Below are positions 40,387 through 48,547 of a stretch of DNA of 64,000 nucleotides, one piece after another. Both the position numbers and the translations under genes were made by a program. The notes under the pieces were generated by a model. That model saw nothing but the letters and a program-made list of their open reading frames with translations, was not told the origin of the DNA and did not search any database. Positions within the stretch are counted from its first letter, which is position 1; every line of letters begins with the position of its first letter. Origin of the DNA: Candidatus Avelusimicrobium pullicaecorum (GTDB lineage Bacteria > Elusimicrobiota > Elusimicrobia > Elusimicrobiales > Elusimicrobiaceae); NCBI GenBank assembly GCA_944322825.1, contig CALUQD010000001.1, forward strand, positions 16,015-80,014, in the 5' to 3' direction.

Positions 40387-40896
40387 TTATACCCGTTCAA
40401 TCGCAAACAGCGCGTCGCCTTGTTTAACCGGCTTGCCGTTTTCCACCAACACTTTTTTGATAATGCACGGGAAATCCGCGCGCATTTCGTTAAATACTTT
40501 CATCGCTTCAATCAAGCAGATAACATCGCCTTTTTCCACGCGGGCGCCTTCTTTCACAAACGGCGGGGCGGAAGGAGTGGACCCGCGGAAGAAAATGCCC
40601 ATCAAGGACGATTTGATTACTTCTTTATATTGTTCCTGCACCGGCGCACCGGCCGCGGCCGTTTGGCCCGCCACCGCGCCCACATTAACGGGCACCGGCA
40701 CCATAGCGGGTTTGGCCTTTACCAAACGCAGGTACAAGCCTTTCTGGTCGTATTCAATGGTGTCCAGGTTGTTATCCTGCATAAAACCGTAAAGTTGCTT
40801 GACTTCCTTTAAAATCGGGGATTCCTTCACGGCGGGCTTATTTACTGCTTTGGCTTTTTGGGCCGGAGCCGCTTTTTTGGTTGCTGTTTTTTTCAT
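40387..40896 (-). CDS. accB: acetyl-CoA carboxylase biotin carboxyl carrier protein
   Basis: IEAMKVFNE biotinylation motif. Confidence 0.9.
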   Translation of the reverse strand: MKKTATKKAAPAQKAKAVNKPAVKESPILKEVKQLYGFMQDNNLDTIEYDQKGLYLRLVKAKPAMVPVPVNVGAVAGQTAAAGAPVQEQYKEVIKSSLMGIFFRGSTPSAPPFVKEGARVEKGDVICLIEAMKVFNEMRADFPCIIKKVLVENGKPVKQGDALFAIERV

Positions 40897-40947
40897 AAAA
40901 GAAATAACCTCTGTTTCAGATTAATACCAAAACTGCTTTTATGTATT

Positions 40948-42360
40948 TTACATAATTTTTTCGTTTTGATACATATCCTCCGGCGAACGGCGTGTTTGCG
41001 GGAGGGATAAAATTTCCTCGCGGCGGAGTTTTTCTTCGTCTATGGGCTGGTCTATCCCCAGGGTGCGTTTTACTTCAAACGCGGTGATGGAAAAGGAGAT
41101 ATTTTCGGCCAGCTCCGGCTTGATGCCGGATTGGTTTACGCCAATCACTTCGCCCGTTTCGCGCAGCACCAGCGGGCCGCCGCTGTTGCCTTGGCTGATG
41201 GCGGCGTCGGTTTGGATGACGTCTAAACCGTTTTTATTTTTCAGCGCGCTGATGATGCCTTCCGTTACGGTAAACTGTTCGGTTTTGGGGTTACCCAAAG
41301 CCCAAACGGTGGCCCCCGTTTTGTAGTGGGAGCGGTCGCTGTCTAGTTTAAAATACGGGAATTTCCCCTCCGCTTTGACCAGCGCCAAATCCCGCGCGTG
41401 GTTTACTTTCACCACCCGCGCATAGCGGAAAGGCGGTTCGGCGCGCTGAGGGTCGATGGGCAAATCTTCGTACAGGTAGTAGCGCACGTCGCGGTAGTTT
41501 CCTACGACGTGGGCATTGGTGATAAAGTATCCGTCCGGGCTGATAAAAAAGCCGCTTCCGTGGCCGGAGGGTGTTTCCACATAGAGTGTTTTTTCCAATA
41601 ATTTGCGGTAGCGGCCGTCGTTGCGGGGGTGGCCGGCGGATTGGCCGGGCGTAAAGAGAACGCGGTTTTCTTCCAAATCTTTCATTATGTTGCGCAGGCA
41701 GGAGCGCAGGTCTTCTTCCAGCGTTTTGCGTATGCTGCCGCCCGCGGCCGAGGTGTACGCCGGCGCAAGCACCGGGAACAAGAGCGAAAACGTCACCTTG
41801 TTGGCCCAATACAGGCCAATAGCGGTATTGTTAAAAGATAAATAGCTCAGCTCGTCATTGTGCAGTTGAATAACCGGCTGGCGGGTGTGCGGGTCGCGCA
41901 GGGTTAAAATGACATACGTGTGAAACTTGGGCACAATGTATTTGCGCAGCCACAAAAAGCCGTCTTCCACTTCCGGGCGGTAGAAAGAGTCGGTTTCTTC
42001 GTCTACCAGGTAGTCCAGCTCGGCGATATAATCGTAGTTATGACGGTATTTGTAGAGGTCGACGTCCACTTCGCTAAACAGCGTTCCCAGCGCGTCGGCC
42101 GCCGCTACGGCGGCGCCGTCGTCTACGCGGATGACGTAGGAATTAATAGGCGTCAAATTGCGGTCTTTAAACGTGAACGAATGCTGGAGGTATTTATCGG
42201 CCACCACCATCACACGTGCTTCGATTTTATCGTCGAAGTCGGGCGTTTTATAAATACCGCGCTTGAGCCGCCCGTGATAGTTGCACCCGGCCGCCAGCAG
42301 ACACAAAATAACCACCGCGCCCGGGAAGAGCCTGCGCGCAAAAGAAGAAAAGCAAACCAT
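40948..42360 (-). CDS. lipoprotein with C-terminal trypsin-like serine protease
   Basis: AAGC lipobox; GSGFFI, TNAHVV, DLAL, QTDAAISQGNSGGP. Confidence 0.88.
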   Translation of the reverse strand: MVCFSSFARRLFPGAVVILCLLAAGCNYHGRLKRGIYKTPDFDDKIEARVMVVADKYLQHSFTFKDRNLTPINSYVIRVDDGAAVAAADALGTLFSEVDVDLYKYRHNYDYIAELDYLVDEETDSFYRPEVEDGFLWLRKYIVPKFHTYVILTLRDPHTRQPVIQLHNDELSYLSFNNTAIGLYWANKVTFSLLFPVLAPAYTSAAGGSIRKTLEEDLRSCLRNIMKDLEENRVLFTPGQSAGHPRNDGRYRKLLEKTLYVETPSGHGSGFFISPDGYFITNAHVVGNYRDVRYYLYEDLPIDPQRAEPPFRYARVVKVNHARDLALVKAEGKFPYFKLDSDRSHYKTGATVWALGNPKTEQFTVTEGIISALKNKNGLDVIQTDAAISQGNSGGPLVLRETGEVIGVNQSGIKPELAENISFSITAFEVKRTLGIDQPIDEEKLRREEILSLPQTRRSPEDMYQNEKIM

Positions 42361-42524
42361 ATGTAAATTATACCAAACTCGCGTATTTCTCCGTACTTTC
42401 CCCGCTATGCAAGGGGCAGCCCCGGACGTATTTAATGGAAATTTCCCATACCCATGTCAAAAAGCCAACCGGCAGGTTGGCTTTTTAAAAGGCGTAAAAA
42501 ACCCCGCCGAAGCGGGGTTGAAAG

Positions 42525-43532
42525 TTAACTGGCTTGTTCGATGTCAAGCGTGTGCTCTGGTTCGTTGGCGGCGGCGCGTTGCTGTTGCGCGGAAATGGCG
42601 CGCTGCTGTTCGTTGTACAAGGCGTCAAATTCCTGGAGCAGTTTGAATTGTTTTTTGCTCATCGTGCGTCCTTCGCGTTTGGCTTGGGCCGCCTGCTGCA
42701 AGGAGTAAGAGTGGCGTTTGACAAAGCGCTGGATGTCGCGGTCGATTTCTTTAAGCGAGCGCGTAACGGGGTGCACGGTCAGCGCCGGTTCCTGCGCTTG
42801 TTTGGCGCGGAGCTGTTCATGGGCCGCTTTCATTTGGTCGGCCAGCTGCTTTTGGGCGGCGGCGCGTTGTTGGGCCTGCCGGGCAAAAGAAGTGCAAAGT
42901 TCGTCGGAAATATCCAAGTTTTTCATCAGCGCTTCTTTGGCGGTCTGGTGGCGGTGGGCGTCGAAGCAGTCGGCGTGGGCGTAGTGGGAGCCTTGCCCGT
43001 CCTGCCACGTAGCGGTCGCCCCGCAGGCGGCGTTAATCGGCTGGCCGCAGATGGCGCAGGTGTGGCGCTGATATTTGGCGGACATATGGCTTTCGCAGGC
43101 GCGGCGTTCTTTGCCTTGTTTTACAAAGGACATATCTTCGCCTTTGGCCCAGCCTTTATAGAACGTGCAAGCACTCGGCGCGTGTTTTTTGACGTACCAA
43201 TCGCGCGACGGCGTTACTTGATAGCCTTCGGACTTTAAAATAGTTTCGCGGCTGACGATATCGCGCGTGTAGCGGGTTTCGTCCACTTGCGCAGCTTCTT
43301 GGGCGGATTCATTTGGAAGAAATTCCAACTCCGCATCAAGGGCTGCCTGCGTGGCGCGGACGGCAGTCATAGCCTTGGTAAATTGGTCATTGAAAAAAGA
43401 GTCGTCAAAAGTTACAGGGATTTTTGTATCAATTGCCCAATTTTCATTCAGCGGGATGGTTTTCGTGGCTTGTGCCTGTGCGCACACCGGCGCAACCAGG
43501 CAGATAAGTAAAGCTAATTTAATCAGTTTCAT
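42525..43532 (-). CDS. secreted hypothetical protein with CxxC...HxxC cluster
   Basis: AGGAGG RBS, signal peptide MKLIKL...AQA; CAICGQPI...YAHADC; coiled-coil tail. Confidence 0.75.
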   Translation of the reverse strand: MKLIKLALLICLVAPVCAQAQATKTIPLNENWAIDTKIPVTFDDSFFNDQFTKAMTAVRATQAALDAELEFLPNESAQEAAQVDETRYTRDIVSRETILKSEGYQVTPSRDWYVKKHAPSACTFYKGWAKGEDMSFVKQGKERRACESHMSAKYQRHTCAICGQPINAACGATATWQDGQGSHYAHADCFDAHRHQTAKEALMKNLDISDELCTSFARQAQQRAAAQKQLADQMKAAHEQLRAKQAQEPALTVHPVTRSLKEIDRDIQRFVKRHSYSLQQAAQAKREGRTMSKKQFKLLQEFDALYNEQQRAISAQQQRAAANEPEHTLDIEQAS

Positions 43533-43581
43533 ATTATTCCTCCTATGTGTATAGGATAGCGGTTCAGTAGGCGGAAAACAA

Positions 43582-43619
43582 GGGTCAAAAGGCCCATTTT
43601 TAACTAGGACTTTAGACGC
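43582..43619 (-). promoter_or_regulatory. tandem RGGYC-N4-GRCCY sites
   Basis: GGGTCAAAAGGCCC (43582-43595) and AGGACTTTAGACGC (43606-43619); abuts TTGTTT-17-TATCCT. Confidence 0.7.
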
Positions 43620-44257
43620 ATTTTGAGTAGGTACTGGCAGACCTGTAACATAGTCCCCGCCGCCGTTTCCGCATCGGGTTGTGCGTGCAGGGCGGCTTTT
43701 TCGGCCGGGTCCGGCAGGGCTTGTATCAAGGCGGATTTGCTGGCTAGGTATTGCCCGGTGCGGGCATAGTGGGCGGCTTGCAGCGCAAAAAACAAATTCT
43801 TGCGCAACGCAGCGAGAAAATCGCTCGTCAAGGCGCCGTGCACCCACGTGTGCACCAGCGCGTGATACACCGCTCCCGCACCTGTTTGGGCGGCCAGGAG
43901 GGCGTCCTGCCGGGTGGGCGGCGGAAGGATCCCCTCCAACGTGCCGTAGTAGAGCCGGGTATCCTGCCCAAATTGGAAAAGCTCCGCGCGGGACCAGTTT
44001 TTTAAATCGTCCTTTCCGCCGAAAAATCCACACACCGGATGCGCCGAAGCAGGCATTTGCGCCAGGAGATTTTTATATGTGCAAATATCAGCCGGAGAAA
44101 TCGTATCTAAAATCACCACGGCGTCTATATCGCTTTGGGAATGAAAATCCCCCCTTTTAAAACTGCCTTGCAGTCCCACAGCCGCCAAACGCGCGCCAAA
44201 AGCCGCCTGCAGGCGGCGGACGAGTTCATTCATCCAGTTGTTTACGTCAAATACCAT
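43604..44257 (-). CDS. nucleotidyltransferase domain protein (Pol beta superfamily)
   Basis: GLQGSFKRGD...SDIDAVV motif. Confidence 0.85.
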   Translation of the reverse strand: MVFDVNNWMNELVRRLQAAFGARLAAVGLQGSFKRGDFHSQSDIDAVVILDTISPADICTYKNLLAQMPASAHPVCGFFGGKDDLKNWSRAELFQFGQDTRLYYGTLEGILPPPTRQDALLAAQTGAGAVYHALVHTWVHGALTSDFLAALRKNLFFALQAAHYARTGQYLASKSALIQALPDPAEKAALHAQPDAETAAGTMLQVCQYLLKMRLKS

Positions 44258-44325
44258 AATTCCCCCATTAAAAACAAAACTCCCCGGGGCGTTTGATATC
44301 CCCGGGGAGTGGTACAGCCAGGAAA

Positions 44326-46437
44326 CTATTTGAGCAAGGCTTTTCTGGAAAGTCTTACTTTTCCGTTATTGTCAATTTCCACGCATTTTACTTCCACAAT
44401 GTCGCCGAGTTTCAAAACATCTTCGACTTTGTTGATGCGGTGTTTTTCAATTTCGGAAATGTGCAACAGTCCGTCCTTGCCGGGCAAGATTTCCACAAAC
44501 GCGCCGAAGGGCTGAATGGAAACCACTTTACCTTTGTAAATTTTGTTTACTTCGGGTTCAGCAGTCATCATTTCAATTTCGGCTTTGGCCTGGTCCAAGC
44601 GGTCGCTGTTGGCGGCGGCGATGGTCACCGTTCCGTCTTCAGCAATGTCGATCTTGGCTTCGGTCGATTCGGTAATGCGTTTGATGTTCTTGCCGCCGGG
44701 GCCGATTAAGGCGCCGATTTTGTCCACCGGGATTCTCATTTTATAGATAATCGGAGCGAAGCGAGAAATGTTTTTCTTCGGTTCGGCGATTGTCTTTTCC
44801 ATATGATCCATAATGAACATACGGCCTTTAGTGGCTTGGGAGATGGCTTGGCGCAAAACATCCAGCGGGATACCCGTTTTGAGTTTTACGTCCATCTGGA
44901 ACGCCGTGATACCCTTGCGGGAACCGGTCAGTTTAAAGTCCATATCGCCCAGGTGGTCTTCCAGGCCCATAATATCGGAAAGCACTACAAATTTGCCTTC
45001 GCCGGAGATGGCGCCCATCGCAATACCGGAGCAGGCTGATTTCATCGGCACGCCCGCATCAAACAGGGCCAAAGAGCCGCCGCACACGCTGGCCATGGAG
45101 GAAGAACCGTTCGATTCCGTAATGTCGGATACGACGCGGATCGTGTACGGGAATTCTTCTTCGCTGGGTACGAGCGGCATTAACGCGCGGCGAGCCAATT
45201 CCCCGTGGCCGATTTCGCGGCGGCCCGGAGAGCGGTCCGGTTTGCATTCACCGGTAGCAAAACCCGGGAAGTTGTAGTGCAGCATAAAGCGTTCGTAGGT
45301 GGTGTCGTCCAACCCTTCCACCATTTGCTGGTCGTCCGGGGTGCCCAAAGTGGCCACCGCCAAGGACTGCGTCTGCCCGCGGGTAAACAAGGCGGAACCG
45401 TGGGCGCGGGGCAACAAGCCGACCATAGAGCTTAACGGTCTAATTTCGTCGGGTTTGCGGCCGTCCACGCGTACGCCTTCGTGCAGTACCAGGTTGCGGG
45501 ATTCTTCGTACATAATGTTTTCCAGCGCAATGCCCGCATAGGTGGCGGCATTGTCGCCATAGTTAGCGGTCAGTTCTTCGGTGAAGGAGGCTTTCAGCTG
45601 GGCAACCTGCGTATCGCGGGTTTGTTTATCGGAAAACGCGTGCAGGATTTTTTTGGCTTCTTCGCGGAATTTGCCGTTGGCGAGGTCCGCCACTTCCTGC
45701 GGCAGTTTTTCCACGACGTATTCAAATTTCGGCTTGCCGGCCATTTCGCGCAGTTTCAGCTGCACGGCGCACATTTTGTCAATTTCCGGCTTGGCCACTT
45801 CCATCGCTTTAATGATGGCTTCTTCTTCCACTTCTTTGGCGCCGCCTTCCACCATCAAAAGCCCCTGCGCGGAACCGGCAATAACGAGGTCCATATCGCA
45901 GGATTCTTGTTCTTCTTTGGTGGGGTTGACGATGTACTGCCCGTCTTTGCGGCCGATGCGTACGGCGGCAACGGGTTCGTTGAACGGAATGGAAGAAATA
46001 ACCAGCGCGGCGGACGAAGCCAGTACGGACAATACGTCGGCGTCGTGTTTGTCATCGCTGGAGATAACCATCGCCGTTACGTTGGTTTCGCAGGCGAAAC
46101 CTTCCGGGAAAATCGGGCGGATGGTGCGGTCAATAATGCGGGAGGACAGCGTTTCTTTTTTGCTGGCGCGGCCTTCACGTTTGAAAAAACCGCCGGGGAT
46201 TTTGCCCGCGGCGTAGGTTCTTTCTTTATAATTGACGGTAAGCGGAGTAAAATCGGAAATACCGGGTTTTTGCTCCTTGGTGGAAACGGCGGTGGCCAGC
46301 ACCATCGTTTCCCCCATCGTGGCGACTACGGCGCCGTCGGACTGTTTGGCGATTAGGCCGGTTTCCAGCTTAATCGTCTGGCTGCCAACGGTCACTTCCA
46401 CGTTGTGGATGTCAAATTTATGGTTGAAATTCTGCAT
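44326..46437 (-). CDS. pnp: polyribonucleotide nucleotidyltransferase
   Basis: GKIPGGFFKREG, RREIGHG, SNGSSSMASVC, GDMDFK; KH and S1 domains. Confidence 0.98.
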   Translation of the reverse strand: MQNFNHKFDIHNVEVTVGSQTIKLETGLIAKQSDGAVVATMGETMVLATAVSTKEQKPGISDFTPLTVNYKERTYAAGKIPGGFFKREGRASKKETLSSRIIDRTIRPIFPEGFACETNVTAMVISSDDKHDADVLSVLASSAALVISSIPFNEPVAAVRIGRKDGQYIVNPTKEEQESCDMDLVIAGSAQGLLMVEGGAKEVEEEAIIKAMEVAKPEIDKMCAVQLKLREMAGKPKFEYVVEKLPQEVADLANGKFREEAKKILHAFSDKQTRDTQVAQLKASFTEELTANYGDNAATYAGIALENIMYEESRNLVLHEGVRVDGRKPDEIRPLSSMVGLLPRAHGSALFTRGQTQSLAVATLGTPDDQQMVEGLDDTTYERFMLHYNFPGFATGECKPDRSPGRREIGHGELARRALMPLVPSEEEFPYTIRVVSDITESNGSSSMASVCGGSLALFDAGVPMKSACSGIAMGAISGEGKFVVLSDIMGLEDHLGDMDFKLTGSRKGITAFQMDVKLKTGIPLDVLRQAISQATKGRMFIMDHMEKTIAEPKKNISRFAPIIYKMRIPVDKIGALIGPGGKNIKRITESTEAKIDIAEDGTVTIAAANSDRLDQAKAEIEMMTAEPEVNKIYKGKVVSIQPFGAFVEILPGKDGLLHISEIEKHRINKVEDVLKLGDIVEVKCVEIDNNGKVRLSRKALLK

Positions 46438-46443
46438 TAGAGG

Positions 46444-46713
46444 TTATTTCCTTAATTTGAGTTCTCGGGTGACTTTTTGATATTTTTCGAAGTCGGTTCT
46501 TTTCAGGTAGGCGAGCAAGCGTCTTCTCTGGCCGACCAGTTTGTTCAAGCCTCTTTCGCCCGCAAAATCTTTCGGGTTGGCTTTGAGGTGGTTGGAAATA
46601 TACTGAATGCGTTCCGTGATGAGCGCAATTTGCACAGCGGCGGAGCCGGTGTCGTTAGCGCTTGCCTGGAATTTGCTGATGATGTCTTTTCTGTCTTGCA
46701 TCGAAAGTACCAT
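46444..46713 (-). CDS. rpsO: 30S ribosomal protein S15
   Basis: DTGSAAVQIALIT, LVGQRRRLLAYL; upstream of pnp. Confidence 0.96.
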   Translation of the reverse strand: MVLSMQDRKDIISKFQASANDTGSAAVQIALITERIQYISNHLKANPKDFAGERGLNKLVGQRRRLLAYLKRTDFEKYQKVTRELKLRK

Positions 46714-47013
46714 TGTATTGTACACTTAGATTGTAATCTGCCGACCAAGCATTCCTTATCCCAAGGGATACCGAGCCGGAGGCCAATCTTCTCCTATTGT
46801 TAATTTTTATACTTCGTAAAGTACAATTTATTATACCAAATAAAAAGGATAAAGAACATAGCGCCGTTCTTTATCCGATTTTCTTTTACATAGTATAGCA
46901 AATTGGAGGCCGTTGAGGAAACGGCGCTGCGCCCTGCTTGGGAAAAAGAACGCCCGCCCGATGGTAGCGGGCGGGCGCAGGGTGTTCTTGTAGGAGGTTT
47001 TAGAAACACACTG

Positions 47014-47184
47014 TTAAAAGTGATACCCCAAGTGCAGGGCGGCGTATGATTCTGCATTGTAGATTTCCACATCCGACAGCGTGTGGAAGTCTTTAAATTC
47101 CCGGCTGATCCAGGCGAACTCACGGTCCAGGCGCTGTTTTTTAATCAGCTGGGTCATCAAGGTTTCTTTGGTTACGGCTTGCAT
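47014..47184 (-). CDS. 56-aa small protein (not in ORF track)
   Basis: AAGGAGG RBS; MQAVTKETLMTQLIKKQRLDREFAWISREFKDFHTLSDVEIYNAESYAALHLGYHF; own promoter and downstream hairpin at 46951-46977. Confidence 0.7.
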   Translation of the reverse strand: MQAVTKETLMTQLIKKQRLDREFAWISREFKDFHTLSDVEIYNAESYAALHLGYHF

Positions 47185-47253
47185 ACAGCGCCTCCTTGTT
47201 TAAAATGTCCTGCTTGATATTAATAAGATAGTCTTTTAGACGGTAAAATAACA

Positions 47254-47267
47254 GGGTCCTTGGGCCT
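47254..47267 (-). promoter_or_regulatory. RGGYC-N4-GRCCY site
   Basis: GGGTCCTTGGGCCT abutting TGTTAT-17-TATCTT; a further copy GGGCCTTTGGGCCT at 47347-47360. Confidence 0.65.
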
Positions 47268-47388
47268 AGCGCCAGGGAAAATTTGGGCCCATTTATAAAA
47301 CACAAAACGGCCTAAATTTATTTTTCCCTCGGTCCCAGGCGTTTTTGGGCCTTTGGGCCTATCCCCCAATTTGATATACTTCTATAAT

Positions 47389-48417
47389 ATGACAAGCCTC
47401 ACACCCTTGCTAAAAAATCCTCCCCATACCCGCGGCGAAATCGTTGCCCTGCTTTCGGCGGCGGACCCGGCTGCGCTTTTTCAAACGGCTGACGCCGTGC
47501 GGCAAAAATGCGTGGGCGACGCGGTATACCTGCGCGGGCTGATAGAATTTTCCAACTATTGCAAAAACGATTGTATGTACTGCGGCATCCGCCGCTCCAA
47601 TGCCAAAGCGAGCCGTTACCGGATGACGCCGGACGAAATCGTCCAAACGGCGGCGCAAGCCGTGCAATATGGGTACAAAACGGTGGTTTTGCAGTCGGGC
47701 GAAGACCTGTGGTTCGATGCAGACAAAATGGCGGATATCATCGGCCGCATTAAACGACTGGGCGCGGCCGTGACGCTTAGCCTGGGCGAAAAAACGCGCG
47801 AAGAATACGCTGCCTATCGCCAGGCCGGGGCGGACCGTTACCTTTTGCGTATTGAAACCACGGACAAAGCCCTCTACGAAAAACTGGACCCGCAAATGAG
47901 CTGGGATAACCGCGTGCGCTGTTTGGAAGATTTAAAAGAACTCGGCTACGAAGTAGGTTCCGGCTCGTTGGTGGGGCTGCCCGGGCAAACCGTGGAAAGC
48001 CTGGCCGAAGATTTGTTGTTTTTTAAATCGCTGCCGGTGGATATGGCGGGCATTGGGCCGTTTATCCCCCACCCCGATACGCCGCTGGCGGCGGAAAGCG
48101 CCCAAGGGCACTTGGAATTATCCCTTAAAATGATGGCGGTAATGCGCCTCATGCTGCCGGATATCAACATCCCGGCTACAACGGCAATGGAAACACTCCA
48201 CCCGCGGGGGCGCCTGCTGGCGCTTGAGTGCGGGGCCAATGTGATAATGCCCAACGTAACGGCCGAAACTTTCTGCCGCAACTATGAACTCTATCCCGGC
48301 AAATCGCACCCGGGCGCCGCGGCCGCGGCCGCGTGGAAGGAACCGCTTGCCGCCATCGGGCGGACGGTGTCGGACGGGTACGGCTTCCACGGCGACTATT
48401 TAAAAGGGATAAAATAG
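47389..48417 (+). CDS. hydE: [FeFe]-hydrogenase maturase radical SAM protein HydE
   Basis: RGLIEFSNYCKNDCMYCGIR, GADRYLLRIET, GIGPFIPHPDTPL, PATTAM, GANVIMPN, YELYPGK. Confidence 0.88.
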   Translation: MTSLTPLLKNPPHTRGEIVALLSAADPAALFQTADAVRQKCVGDAVYLRGLIEFSNYCKNDCMYCGIRRSNAKASRYRMTPDEIVQTAAQAVQYGYKTVVLQSGEDLWFDADKMADIIGRIKRLGAAVTLSLGEKTREEYAAYRQAGADRYLLRIETTDKALYEKLDPQMSWDNRVRCLEDLKELGYEVGSGSLVGLPGQTVESLAEDLLFFKSLPVDMAGIGPFIPHPDTPLAAESAQGHLELSLKMMAVMRLMLPDINIPATTAMETLHPRGRLLALECGANVIMPNVTAETFCRNYELYPGKSHPGAAAAAAWKEPLAAIGRTVSDGYGFHGDYLKGIK

Positions 48418-48547
48418 TCCGCGGCTTTAAAATCCTTTCTTTTTAAGAAAAAATTTTCATTTCGTTTGGAAATGTATTACAATATAGAGGACCAAACGGA
48501 CTTTCCGTCCGTTACGCTGTTATTTTTTTATTGGAGAACGACCGTAT

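Noticed and set aside
43533-44033. N-terminal extension of ORF 42525-44033
   Set aside because: It overlaps the nucleotidyltransferase gene in another frame; the RBS, promoter and signal peptide support a start at 43532
46800-47123. 107-aa minus-strand ORF in the track
   Set aside because: No RBS, and it runs through a hairpin and the rpsO promoter; the overlapping 56-aa ORF in another frame has much better signals
47389-48417. Biotin synthase BioB
   Set aside because: The motifs (RYLLRIET, PATTA, GANV.MPN, YxLYPGK) fit HydE better
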